64,000 nt of DNA from Takakia lepidozioides (GCA_030704615.1 CM060732.1:56296001-56360000), one strand, 5' to 3'. Shown: positions 1 to 12,863, counted from the first letter of the stretch. Program-made: numbers and translations. Notes: generated by a model from the sequence alone, not told the origin.

Positions 1-1899
1 GAAGATCTTGAGACTGATCAACTTGTAATTGGGCGGTAGAGGTTCGAAGTTCTTGCATCTGAAGCTGAAGACTCTGCAATGTGACGACCATTCCCGCAAA
101 TGTGCCTTCCATCTTAACTAACTAAGGAACAAACTTTAGTCTCGCCAAACTGTCAAGGACGAGAATGTGACTGAACACAAACAAAAGATCAGACTAGAGG
201 TACAAGACTAGACAAGAAGTCAAGGTCGATGTGGCCGAATGCATGGTGGGCAAACATGAATCAAGATGATCTTTATATCAATGGACAAAAGTACAAGATA
301 CTGGAACTCGACTTGAATACTGGAAACTGGAGTAAAGTACTGGAACTGGAAACAATAGTAGGTTGAACTTGTGTTGGCGAGACTGAAGAGTGTCCAGTCT
401 CGCCTCCTAAATATATTGGCTACTAGAAAGTTCCTTAAGAAGTTTCCCCAATGGAGGTTTCTTGATGAAGAAGTTTTCTTAAACAAAGGAGGTATCTTGA
501 TGGAGAAGTTTCTTCCAAATGAAGCTTCCTAAGCAGTTTCCCAAGTTACTCTCGGTAATTTAGTAAACTCCCAGTAACTAATGATAAATCATGATAAATT
601 ATGGTAAATTATGGTATTTACTCCTGGTAAGTTCATCTGGGCTATGTCCGTGACAATAGCTGACGGTCTTGATCTATTAAATATTTTGTAAAAAAATTCG
701 GGACCACCAGAGTTTGTGGTCCAGATTTAATAAACATTCTCTTAATACTTCGGGACTACTAGCTCTGACGTTCTCGATTTTGAGAAAAATGCTTAATAAA
801 TTGGGACCGCTAGCCTTGGCAGTCCTGCATTATCAAGCTGACAAAATATCACAGCTGACATGACATTTTTTTTGTATAGGCCATATATGGTTATTCTTTC
901 ATATTTTTTACTTTAAGTGACATATTTATTTTATCCCATATATATATATTTAAATTTCCTGCACTAAATGGGATTTTTTTAATTTTTTTTGTGAATTTGT
1001 AAGTTCTCATCCCCCCCGCCCACTCCCGCGTGCTTGCTTCCCTACGCGTCCGAGCCCTAGTTCGGGTGCAGTGAGCCTCCCAACCCCCCTGCGACTCTGA
1101 AAACGCAGCTTGCAAGGGTTTTTTTTTTAAAAACATTTCTGCTTGTTGCCCCCTTCGCTTGCTCGCTTCTTCGCCCCTATTGCTTGTTCGCGCGTAGAAT
1201 TGTGCCCAACCCCCCTACGGCTCACCTACTCGTTGTAGATGAGTAATTCTGCCCCCGGGAGCTGTTTTTTTTTTCTTTTGTGTTTCTTCGCCCCCTCGCT
1301 TGCTTGCTTCTTCACCCCCTGTTGCTTGCTTGCTTGCGCGTAGGTACCCACCCAACCCCCCTGCGGCTGTCAAAATGCAGCTCACGCAAGAGGGGTTTTT
1401 TTTTATTGTGTTTTGCTCATCCCTTGACGTATGCTTGCCTGCTGTGCAGCTCGGCTGCTCGCTCTCTCATGCACTAAGCAAGTGCCGCGCCTACTTCCAA
1501 TACAGCCCCACTAACCACTATCTAAAAAATCAAATCATGTTTTTTTTTTCTGCCTGTTTTTAATTATTCCATCGCTCTATAGTCTACTCTCCCATTTTAC
1601 GCCCTCACCGTACTTCATAACTTTTCTCTCTTCTATGAGATGGAATCATGCAGCAGGGTGAAGATAGATGACAGACGGATCAATAATATATATTGCTTTC
1701 TGACCGAGGAAAAGAAAAAGGAAGAAATTTCATTAAGAACTTGTAGTGCATTATGCAAAGAGCATCGGTTCTTAAAGACATACTTGGTACAACAAATATT
1801 GAAAAACTTGACTGATGGTCCCAATGGGACAAATGTGCATGAGAAAACAATTAATGATTTTGATAGGGTGCGTTGGGAGCGGATAAAGTGCATGTAGTT

Positions 1900-2034
1900 A
1901 CTTTTCTTGTCGAGATTCCATAATTGCCAGTAATGGTAGAGGACTTCGCGAGGTTGTGGCTATTTATTACATCTTGTAGCTATCTAGAGTGAGGAACCTA
2001 CACACCAGTTAGGGGACGATTGTGGCAGACTAGT
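1900..2034 (+). mobile_element. 3' remnant (PPT and start of repeat B) of an older copy of the DNMT-Gypsy family, 'SDR-0'; it continues at 23786-24090
   Basis: CACCAGTTAGGGGACGAT|TGTGGCAGACTAGT (B starts at 2021) matches the PPT/B start at 19695-19726 and at 38935-38965 (-). It is interrupted by the chromovirus at 2035. The left boundary is approximate. Confidence 0.7.
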
Positions 2035-2394
2035 GGTAACAGGGTAGATTCTAGAAGGTTCTAGATGGAGGAGGAAAGTTCCTTAGAAGTTTTCAAAATA
2101 ATTAGGAAGGCTCATAGGAAGTTTGACTTAAGGCTTTCAAGTCAAACCTATAAGATATTTATATTATAGAGAGTAGGTCAAATGTTTGAGAAAGTCATAT
2201 TGTGGAGAATATGTCAAACCTAGGAAGATTGATTTTAAGAAGTTTTGACTTGAGGCTCTCAAGTCAAACCTTTAAAATAATCATATTGTGAAGGGTATAT
2301 AAACATGCAATGAAAGCCTAAAAGTCATCGAGTTGTTTTGGGAAAAAATTGATAAGCACTTCCATTATAGTCTATGTAGATCATGGATGTTACA
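2035..2394 (+). repeat. 5' LTR of chromovirus
   Basis: Aligns by eye with 23410-23780 and is followed by the PBS. Confidence 0.85.
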
Positions 2395-3172
2395 ATGGTA
2401 CCACAGCCTAGTATTTCTTGAAGTTGAGAGTAAATACATTTTTTGGGAGAATACAATTAAGATATTTTCTTTTATGGTTGTCAATTTATTTGAGGGATGC
2501 TATAATATGTAGTAGTCATGGTGCGTCTTAACGATATGATACAAATTTAATCGACCCATTGTTAGTGATTTTCCTTCAGAGTGTGAATTTAAAGTTATAT
2601 GTCGTCGTAAGGCAGAGATTAGAGATATAATAGTACAAAGATTTGGAGAGGAACGATATCAAGAAGTGTTACAAGATCCACGACTTGTTGTCTTTTCAAT
2701 AATTAGAAATTGGAGGGTATATATATGTGTATATACGTAGTCCATAAGCGAGATAGATACCTACCGCCTAATTTTTCCACCGCTAAACATATTCAGTATT
2801 AATGTGCGTGCCATTGACAAACATCATCTTGTAAGGTTTTTAGTTGCAGAATTTGGAGTAGAATTCATGAATCTTATCATGAGTTTAAACGTTTCTTTTA
2901 TATTACCAATAGTCACGAACGGGATGATTTGGGATTGTACGATTTACATATTGTATTAGGATAAGAGAATAAATATAATATACAATCTTGGAAGACAAAC
3001 ACCACGAAACAAGGAGTAGCACGGAGCAAGATGGTGGACAACGAAGAAATAGTGGACAACGCATACGCTATTACTCATCAAGCCAATGACTAGACGGTGT
3101 GGATAAATGAGTGTTTACACGACTTACAGAGCTTACAGAATGTTGTTGTCACGACCCAACAACAAAACAATG

Positions 3173-3499
3173 TGTCAAGTTATTTTACCACTAGTGTGAA
3201 ACTAGCTAGGAAATAGCTAGCTTTTACATATTGACATTTGGGATTGGCCTAAGTGTCAATCCAGGGATCAAGGCAGATTTAGGCTCTGGAGTGGTTATCT
3301 TCACGGCAAGCGCGGGAGGCTCATCTTTCTCGAGTTGAGCCTCACCGCACATAGCTATGGCGCCGTAGTGTGGATTCTCCATGGCGTGGGGTGCACTTGG
3401 CTTGACTTGTATTTGAGTGATGAGGTTATATATGCATGAGTTTATGCTTCAGCTTTGTGAGCTCACATGAGCTTGTGCTTGTATTCTTCTTCTTTATCA
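3173..3499 (+). repeat. Terminal repeat A1 of SDR-1
   Basis: Near-identical to 19905-20224 (TGTCAAGTTATTTTACC...TTCTTTATCA). Confidence 0.9.
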
Positions 3500-4974
3500 G
3501 TCGAGAAAGATGAGTTCGTATCTGTTAGTGTCAAATATGAGTTGGTTGTAGTATTTGTGGTTTTTGCTTGAGAATGAGAGAAATCAGGTTTGGATGCGAG
3601 GAGCATCATCAAGTTCGTGGTTGTTAGGAGTGGAGGCGATGTGGATTACGAGGTGGTAGACCTTGGAATTCGATCTTCAGTTTCAGAGATGAACGCACCA
3701 TGCTGCAGGTAATTCCAGAGCACCTTGATGGTTTCAGATTGTGTACATGCATGAGCAAGCACGATTGGGAAGAGGATTAATCAAGAGTAGGTTATAGTGG
3801 CTTTGGTGGCAAAGCTGAGAACTGGCCTTGGGAATGCGAGCTTTCATTGTGTGAAGGATTGCAAGACCAAGCGAAAGGGCTGATTTGGTTTGGGGCAAAT
3901 CAGTGCACTTTGTGGAGTATGTTGAGATTGGGTTTCAATCTCGAGCTTTAGCATTTAGAGGGCTCTTGCCATGGCAAAAGCAAGGCTGGAACAAGAGCTA
4001 AGAGGTGCGGCAAGGCCATGGAATGTGCACCTAGGGTTTCAAAGCTTGGAAGAAGAGCTCTTGCACCACAAGAGGAGTGTCTTGTGGCTGGAAATGTAAG
4101 CCTTAGGGTTTCAGGAGCTTGGCAAAGGCTGTGGAGTGCTTAGTCTTGTCTTAGAGAACATCAAGGAGCCAATGAGCCAAGATAGGGGGCTGATATCACC
4201 TCTTGTGTGAAGATGATGCATGTGTGGAGCATGCATTCAGCCCATTGAAGCTTCCATCTTCAAGCTTAGAGGCAAGCAAGGAAGAGGGAAAGACTGACTT
4301 CCATTAGGGAATGCATGTGTGCATGCTTTCAACCTGTTGAAGGCTTGTACTTTCAGGTCAAGAAAGGGAAGGGCCCCTGGGTGTTTTTCAGCCCGCTGAA
4401 ACTTGTATTTTCAGGTTTGTGGGTGCAAGAAAGGAAACAACGGAGCTGATTTCTCTTATGTGGGAGTAGTGCATGTGTAGTGGTTAGGCCTCCATCTTTA
4501 AGCTTGGAGAGCTAGAAGAGAAGGTAAGGGGCTGATCTGCTCTTATGTGACAGCTGACACTTGTAGAGCGTGTTCTGAGTTGGGGTTTACAGCCTAGATA
4601 GAGCATGGCTCTTGAAGTGGCAGGTGTAGGGGGCTGGAATAGGCTCTAAAACACATTCTATGGCCAAAGAGGCGCGTGTGCTCACAAGGGCTGGAAACCA
4701 GCAAGGCTCGGTTGTTTGCCATTTAGTTGAATGGTGGGTTTTGGGAGTCTAAGTGAGAAAGAGGGCTTGGACTGTGGCAAACATCTTCCTCATGACTTAG
4801 AGCTACTATTGTTGGTGTGTGGGAGCCGAAGAGAGCAAGAATACCTTGCTGATTTCCTCACAACCGCCATAGCGCGGTGCAAAAAAGCTTAGAGTTCAAG
4901 GAGATATTAACCCTAGCTTGGTGTGGCTAAACCCCTTTGGAAAAATGGCTAAATTGCCATGAGTGGCTATGGAT

Positions 4975-5480
4975 GCGACTGTGACGGGCTGTGTGGCCTT
5001 TGGGGCTGTGGTAGCCTGTGACAGGCTGTGGCCTGTGGGTTTTGACCCTGTGACCTGTGTAGGGCTGTGACAGGCTGTGCCCTGTGGCCTTTGGGGCTGT
5101 GACAGGCTGTGATCTGTGGCCTGTGGGGCTGTGACGGACTGTGACAGGCTGTGGCCTATGGGGCTGTGACCCTGTGACCTGTGTAGGGCTGTGACAAGCT
5201 GTGCCCTGTGGCTTTTGGGGCTGTGATGTGTTGTGACCTATGGCCTGTGGGGCTGTGACGGACTGTGACAGGCTCTGGCCCGTGGGGCGGTTACCTGTGA
5301 CCTGTGTAGGGCTGTGACAGGTTGTGTCCTGTGGCCTTTGGGGCTGTGACGTGCTGTGATAGGCTGTGCCCTGTGGCCTTTGGGGTTATGAGGGGCTGCA
5401 ACAGGCTGTGACCTATGGCCTGTGGGGTTGTGACGGGTTGTGACGGGCTGTGGCCTGTGTGGGGCTGTGACAGCTGTGAC
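4975..5480. repeat. Degenerate GGCTGTGAC/CCTGTGG tandem repeat in the SDR-1 leader
   Basis: Many GGGCTGTGAC and CCTGTGGCC units are visible directly. Confidence 0.85.
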
Positions 5481-7479
5481 TAGTGATCTGTGTGGGCCTG
5501 TGCTGGTCTGTGGTGGCCCGTGTTTGACATGTGGATGGCCTGTGCTGACTCGTGGAGGCACTGGTGGACTGCCTGAGTACTGACATGTGGTCTTGAAGGC
5601 CAAATTTCGAAGCTCGTGGAGGGCGGTTTGAGGAGTATCTTCATGATATTTATATGGTCATGCAAGTGAGGGAAGAGAGGAGAGGAAGAGTGTTGGGATG
5701 AGGGCATGTTGGGGCTAGGCATTGCTTTAGCTTCTCTTCCTCGTAGTTTTCCACCCTCTCATTAGGCCAAGACCTTTCCGTAGGTGGAGGCAAGAGTCAG
5801 TCCGGGTTTGGACTGGGGTGTCATGGTTATCTAGAATTACCTACTTCTAGTTAACTAGGACATTTTAGATATTTATATTTATATTTTGTGTGTTGGGACT
5901 TCATTTGGTCTCACATGCCAAGTGAGGTGTCGAGCCTCACTTGGGACATGGGGATAGGTTTTCCCCTTGTGATGATGGAAGAGGCTCATTTTCTTGTAGT
6001 TGAGCCTCCATGAGCCTCTCTCACCTCTATAGCTCTAGGTATTGAGATGGGGTGTGGTGAGGGCTTTGTAGGGTGGATTCCCTTAGCAAGGGTGCCATTG
6101 GCTTGACTTAGTTTATGTGATTGAGTGGATTCATGAGTGGAGGGTTTTCATTGTGTTCACTTCCATTATCACTACAAGAAGATCACCTTATGCTTGTGAG
6201 TGCGGAGTGTAAGGATAGTTTTGCACTTGTGTTGGTGTACACCAAGGAATGAGAGAGCTAGGAAAAGCTCAAGTAGTTACAAGACTTTGCAAGTATTGCA
6301 GGGAGAAAGTCTTGTGTGTGTGGAAGCAAAGGTTTGAAAGTTTGAGAAGAAGGAACGTCATCTCTTGTATCTCAAGTGTTGTGACAACCATTTGCCAAGG
6401 AAGTGGCTTCTATGGTGAAAAGAATGCATTGAGGGTTTGTAGAAGCATTATTGTGCACCAAAGGTTTGAGAGCTTGGAAAAGAGCTCTTGCATCACAAGA
6501 GAGTCTTGTATGTGGAGAAGGTAGACACTAGGGTTTCAAGAGCAAGCTCTAGTTGTTTATGGTGTGAAAGAGAAGCCAAAGAGCGGCACATGCTTGGGTT
6601 AGAAACACCATAGAAGGAGTACAACAATGATAGCTTGAAGAGCATTGAGTAGCTCAAGAGAAGCTAAGAAGTGGTTGTTTTATCCATGGTGAAATGAAGC
6701 CAAGTGGGGTTTCATTTGGTTGACAAACAAGCAAGCTAAGGCGCTAGAAAGGAGTGCTTTTGCTAGTCTATGAGTTCTTGGATTGCTTTTGGTGAAGCAA
6801 GTGGTTGACCAAGCAAGTGGCGCATGTGTGGAGCATGCTTTCCAAGTGCGGCTTCCAACTTCAAGCTGGAGGAGAGCTAGAAGGTGAAGGGAACAAGTCA
6901 TTCTTTTGTGTATGAGGTGATGCTTATGTGGAGCATGTTTTCAGCCCATTGAGGCTTCTATTTTCAAGCCTTGGAGAGCAAGAAGAAAGGAAAAGGGCTG
7001 GTTTCCACTTAGGTGAAGGAAGAGCACTTGTAGAGTACATATTTGAGTTGGGGTTTCAACCTTAAGCTTGAGGAAAGCACGACTCTTGAGCTAGCAAGTG
7101 AAGGGACTTGAATCTTCCTCTTTGCATGAGATGGAGATGTATTGATGCTTGGAGAAGAAACACATAGAAGCCAAGAATGGAGCATGTGTGTGGATGGCCA
7201 AAGGAGAACACATGAATGAGTGCAAGACTTGCTTGCTTGTCAAATGAGGTAAAAAGCTTGATTCTTGAGCTCCAAAGAGAAGTGAAGCTTGTTGTGTGGC
7301 AAATGCATTGCTAGGTGAGATGGAATCAAGCTTGAGGTGAAGAAGATCAAGGTAGTTTGCCTTGGTATCTCATAGAAGTCATGGATGCTTGAGGAGAGCA
7401 AGCATGAAGCTCAAGGAAGCCCAAACCCTAGCTTGGAATGCACAAACCCTAGCATGAGATGCACATGGAACCCTAGGTG

Positions 7480-7580
7480 CATGGGAACAGTCACCAAAGT
7501 GTGGGAACCGTCACTGTAGTCTGGGAACCGTCATTGTAGTCTGGGAACGGTCACCAAGGTATGGGAACGGTCACTATAGG
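7480..7580. repeat. ~20-bp tandem repeat (TGGGAAC[CG]GTCAC...) in the SDR-2 leader
   Basis: Five copies of TGGGAACNGTCA at 20-bp spacing. Confidence 0.8.
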
Positions 7581-8708
7581 CTGTGAACATAGTGACATAT
7601 AAAGACAATATAGGGCTTTTGGAGGATTTTCAAAGGCCTTTTGGAGGATTGTTTAGGGGATCTTTGGGGTCCTTTGGGGAGCTTTTGGAAGACACTGTGA
7701 GGAGCTTTTGTAAGGCACTTTGACGAGCTCTTGAAGAGGTATTTGGATGACTATTTGGAGGCCTATTTGCGGTCCTTGAAGGCCAAGTTTTGGCAAGTTT
7801 TTGGAGCCTTTGGAAGGCTATGTGGAGGACCATTTGGGGTCTTTGAAGGCCAATATTTGGCAAGTTTTTGGAGCCTTTGGAGGGCTGTTTGGAGGGCTGT
7901 TTGGAGGTCCTTGGAGGCCGATATTTGGCGAGCTTGATGAGTCTTTGGCGACTTGTTGAAGGACTATTTGGGGTCCTCGAGGGCCAAGATTTGGTAGGCT
8001 CTTGGGGCCTTGGTGTACTGTTTGGAGTACCATTGTCCAAGCTTTGGGAGTCTTAGTGAGATTGTTTGAGAGACATCTTGAGGGCTCTTAGAGAGTTATT
8101 TGAGAGATCCTTGAAAGGTCTTGTCTATTGCTTAAGCAAGAGAGTGTGGAGATAGGGTAGTGGGATGAGAGCATGTTGTGATAGGAATTGCTTTAGTCTC
8201 TCTTCCTTGTAGTCTTCCACCCTCTCTGTAGGCCAAAACCTTTCCGTAGGTGGAGGCAAGAGTCAGTCCGGGTTTGGGCTGCGGTGTCTTGCAGGAGCGA
8301 CATTGTGGAGTGTTTTTGGTGTGGAAGTTACTGTTTTGATTTTCTTGTGCTTGGATCCCCTCTACACATGCATGCTTGACTGTGCGCCATGTTAGTTTTG
8401 TGTGGGCGCTTGTTTTCATAGGAGGTTGGTCCGGATTTGATTACCGGTCAATCCTAGAGCGTGCTGTCGGTGGTGAGGTTGGGGTGATGACCAATCAGAC
8501 CATCATTATTCTCTTATGGTGAGGCTGGGTTGATGACCAGCAGACCATATGAGTGCTTGCGGTGGATGCAGGTGCAGATACAGGTCTATGTTAGAAATCT
8601 ATTATTCTTGCTTGAATTAGTAGCCGCAACAGGTTCTCCACCCGGTTACCTTGTAGAAAGTGGGGATTAGAGACAAGTTGACAACCGGTTTGAGTGTGAG
8701 TTTTCATC

Positions 8709-10130
8709 ATGGAGGTGCCACCAGTTGCTGAAGAGAGTGCCGGTACAAGCACCAGCGATACTAGTGGGTATACAAGATGAGGTGTGCGGTTTAGGCCACC
8801 TTCACCTTCAGTGTCTTCTGAGGAAGGTTCAAACTCAGAGTTAGGAGGATTCTCGCCGAGGGTGCAAGCCATTTCCGTGCCATTGTTGTGGGATACGATG
8901 GAGGAAATGTATGGAGCTACTAAGGGGCCACGTCAGTACTCTGGAGCTGTGGGCACCATCGAGCTTGATGATTTCATACAGGAGTTTGATAGTTGGTGTG
9001 ATTTGCAGCAGATGCGCAATCCACAACCGTTTACGCCTTTTATGGCGTGGAAGGGGTTGTTTCAGCACCTTGAGGGGCCGCCTATGGATGACTATCATGA
9101 GTTTAGGTGGGGAAATGAGGTGGAGATTGAGGAGTGACGACAATATTGGTCACCTGACTATGTCTCCATCACTAGAGGCACAAGGGCAGCGGCGACACCA
9201 ACAGCAACACCAGCATCCCCAACTACAAGCACTAGTAGTGGGACAAGTAAAGATGGAGCTGGGAAATCCACTCAAGCTCCTGCTGCAGCACCAGCACCCG
9301 TGCCTACCTTTAACCCAATTGTGGAGTTCTTCGAGGAGTTGAGGAGAAACTACCAAGGGATAAGGACAAAGAAGTTGTGGAGCTTGCAATAGTTCCAACG
9401 AAGGTCTACTGAGAGTTTGAGGGAGGCTTACACCCGCATGAGGCGCTTGATAAACGTAACCCAAGGGGTTACAGAAGCTCAGGCAGTCCAGTTCTGGTAT
9501 GGGATCCTGGACAAGGAGCTGAGGAGAAGGGTGCGGGATGCAACTCTCCTACAAGTGAACCAACCCACCTTAGCAAATGTGTTTTTGCTGGCAGAGCGGA
9601 TAGAGCTCAATATGGTGGAGGAGCGAGTGGTTATGGTAGGGTTTGGCAAGGAGACACAACGAAGTGGGGCTCCTAGCCAACAACAACCACTACCCCAACG
9701 TGTTCAAGGCAACAAAGGGGCTCAGGTGAAGCCCAGGGAAGGACAAAGAGGATCTCAGATGCAGAGGTCTCTTCCTTCATTCTCAGGCCAACAACAGTCG
9801 GGTATGACTTGTTGGGATTGTGGAGGACCTCATGTCAAGAAGGATTGCCCGGAGAGAGGCAAAGGGTCGGCACAGGCACAGCCTACACAACTACAGTGTG
9901 GGCATTGTGGAAAGTATGGGCATGAGGAGGCCCATTGTTATGGCTTGCATCCTGAGCTACGGCCAGGCTAGTTCTAAGGGAACAATGGTGGCCGAGGACG
10001 AGGCAATGTAGTCCCGAGAGGTAGAGGAGGCAGAGGTCGGGGTGGAGGTCATAACCAAAACCAAAGAGCACAGGGTCAGGGTCAAGGTCATGACCAAGGC
10101 ATGGTGGATAGACTTGCCTAGCTAGAGCAA
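8709..10130 (+). pseudogene. gag: gag of SDR-2 (retrotransposon gag domain plus two CCHC-type zinc knuckles), with in-frame stops
   Basis: ORFs 8784-9137 and 9417-9971: YSGAVGTIELDDFIQEFD..., CWDCGGPHVKKDC, CGHCGKYGHEEAHC. Confidence 0.85.
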
Positions 10131-10808
10131 CGTCTTGCTGCCATGGCCACTATTCATGTTGCGCCAGCTCCAAGGCTTGAGGTTCAAGCCCCACCTGCAC
10201 AACCTCCTATGCCTAGGGAAGACCAGATTGGTATAGGCTTCATGTATGGAGCCGCACTTGCAGGGCCATTGCATGTATTGGACTCTGATGCTGCTGTCAC
10301 TCGAGCAACAACGCGTGCTCCTGAGCCAAGAGGAGCGGATGTGGATTTTCATCCACAAAGGGGGGAAGCGAGTCGTCAGACAAGACTTCCACAATCCTTT
10401 ACATTGGCTGAGACAGTGCCACCTACGCAATCAATGGCACCCGCTCGCCTAAGTGTGTCAGAGGTAGAGCCACGAATACCATTGGGGAGAGTGGTGTGGC
10501 TCGGGAAATGCCAGTGGGTGGTGCTGCAAAGCAATGTGCAACCAGTACATTGTTGGGGGCGGCTATGGCGGTTTGCCAAGCTCCATTGTTTTCTACAATG
10601 ATCATTGCAATGTCGGGAATTCGGCCAGCTGCTGTGTTCAGACTAGCAGTTAGACTCTGTGAGAGTGGTGATACATCGGCGCTGTCTGCAGAGATAGCAG
10701 ATAAGGTACAGTCTCTGGATGCTTTGGATTCGAGGGTGAAGTCAACTACAGCTGCGCCATGGCAAGCGGCAGCTGCAAGGTTGCAGGAGTTGCCAGCTAG
10801 GCCAGCCA

Positions 10809-11555
10809 TTGAGCGCAACATGGCCTGGGGTAGTCCTGGTGGACAATCAGGATGGTGTGTTTCAGTTAGGTGGCCCAGCCGGGAGGAGGTATAGGCCACT
10901 ACGGGTCTTGTTGGACTCGGGAGCACAACCATTGATGTTGGGGAGAGCAGCAATTGCAGGCTTGGGCCTTACAGAGGCGGATTTGGAGCCTTGCCCTTTC
11001 CAAATTCAAACATCTTTGGGTGGTTCAGAGAAGGCGCGAGGGATTACACGCCATGAGCTCTTCATTCGATTGCAGCCGGATCATCCTACGGACGGCTCAG
11101 TCATGAGAGCTAAAGCCATTGTTACGGACGCGATGTCATATGATGTGCTTGTTGGTGGGGCGGTGTTATACCCCATGAGATTCATTCTGGACTTTTGGGA
11201 GGAAACGACATCCTACAGGCCGGAATGGCAGTCATGGGATGGTCGACGTGCACTGCTCCCAGTGCGGTTTATTGGGAATGTAGTGGTGGATCATAGGAAC
11301 ATGATGCCCACATTGGCTGCATTCTCAGGGGTGATGGCTTGGGGTGGTGACCTCTTGGAGGGAAATAGCCATGCAGATGATAGGCCACCACCTGATGAGG
11401 ACAAACAATTGGCATATAAGGCTGATTTGCTTCCTCATGTGCCTGTTCATATTCCACTGTGGGGTATAGTTGGGAATTTGCATCAAGTAGCAGGCGAGTG
11501 TGGGCACCAAGCATGGAATGAGGCCTATCCATTGATGAGTGAGGGAGTTCAGTGA
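10809..11555 (+). pseudogene. Retroviral-type aspartic protease region of SDR-2
   Basis: VLLDSGAQ active site and YDVLVGG flap/C-terminal motif. Confidence 0.8.
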
Positions 11556-11619
11556 CATCACCTGGACCTCCTCAATTAGCTCTTTTGGACACAATGCCCA
11601 TTACCTGGCAACCACCTGA

Positions 11620-12165
11620 CTCAGGGATTTGTTTGCTAGACATGTTTGGAGGCATGAGCACTGGGCTTGCAGGAGTGTTGCAAGCAGAGATCAAAGTATG
11701 TAGTACTTGTATGTGGAGAAGGATGAGATTGCACGGCGTGTTTCTATGCGCCATGTTGCTTTGCTCACACATCAGTATCCTGAGTTGTTGCCTCTCTCAA
11801 CAATTCAAGGGTACCAAAAGGCCTTGCCAGCAGACATTACCTTGCTGGGGGCGGATGATTTGGACCGACATGGTGCCATTAACTTGGTGATAGTTGGATG
11901 GCCTTGCCAAGGACACTCTCCCGCAAGTCTTGGGAATGGCTTGCATGATGCACGATCGCATTTGTTTTGGGAGATGTTGAGAGTGTTGCGTGACTTGCAG
12001 GTGAGGCAAGTGTAACCTCCAACTTACATCTTGGAGAATGTTCCTCTCATGGGGGATTCTCGGGCCAGGGTTATGGTCAGTGTACATCAGATCCGGTCAT
12101 GGATTGGACCAGCTGTATTGTTGGATGCAGCTGCCGTGGGTTCACGGGCACATAGGCCTAGGTTG
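11620..12165 (+). pseudogene. Dnmt3-like C5-cytosine methyltransferase domain of SDR-2 (truncated after motif VIII)
   Basis: LLDMFGGMSTG (motif I), YVEKD (II), VIVGWPCQG (IV), RSHLFWE, ILENV (VI), LDAAAVGSRAHRPRL (VIII). Confidence 0.9.
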
Positions 12166-12863
12166 GGTGGCTGTCGTGCACCTAAGCATCGTGCCACAAC
12201 ATACATCGCTGCCCACCACACAATCTAAGCACACAATCCTAGAAAGCTATACCACAATGCTATCGTGCAGTGCTTTTGCTAGTTAAATGAGTTCTTGGAT
12301 TGCTCTTGGTGAAGCAAGTGGTTGACCAAGCAAGTGGCGCATGTGTGGAGTAAGCTTTCCAAATGTGGCTTCCACCTAAGCATCGTGCCACAACATACAT
12401 TGCTGTCCACTACACAATCTTAGGTGCACGACAGGGGTGTCCTTGCAGGAGCAACATCGTGGAATTGTTTTTGGTGTGGGGGAGTTGTCGTTCTGATTTC
12501 TTGTATTTGGATCCCCTCCATACCTACATGCTTGACTGTGCGCCATGTTAGTTTTGTATGGACGCTTGTTTTTATAGGTGATTGGTCCGGATTTGATCAC
12601 CGGCCAGTCCTAGAGCATGTTGTCGATGGTGAGGCTGGGGTGATGACCAATCAGACCATCATCGTTTCTCCTGTGGTGAGGTTGGAGGTGATGACCAGCC
12701 AACCATAGGAGTGCTTGCGGTGGATGCAGGGGAAGGTGTAGGCTATGTTAGGAACCTAGTATTCCAAACCATAAGCCGCAACAGGTTCTCTACCCGGTTA
12801 CCTTGTGGAGAGGGGTTAGGGACATGTTCATGACTGGTTGAGTGACAGTTTGTCAACACGAAG

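Larger units (their letters stand above)
5819..12433 (+). mobile_element. DNMT-Gypsy copy SDR-2 (diverged subfamily, 3'-deleted and rearranged), nested in SDR-1
   Basis: Starts TGTCA (5819) and ends GTGCACGACA (12433), with a perfect 4-bp TSD GGGG (5815-5818 / 12434-12437). A-like repeat at 5819-6171, then leader, gag, protease and the N-terminal two-thirds of the DNMT. Confidence 0.85.

Noticed and set aside
1-1560. Possible LTR end (to ~655) and short degenerate repeats (1000-1500)
   Set aside because: Probably TE-derived, but no partner terminus, TSD or coding motif is visible in the window.
5238-8056. ORFs at 5238-5603 and 7630-8056
   Set aside because: They are read through low-complexity tandem repeats in retroelement leaders.
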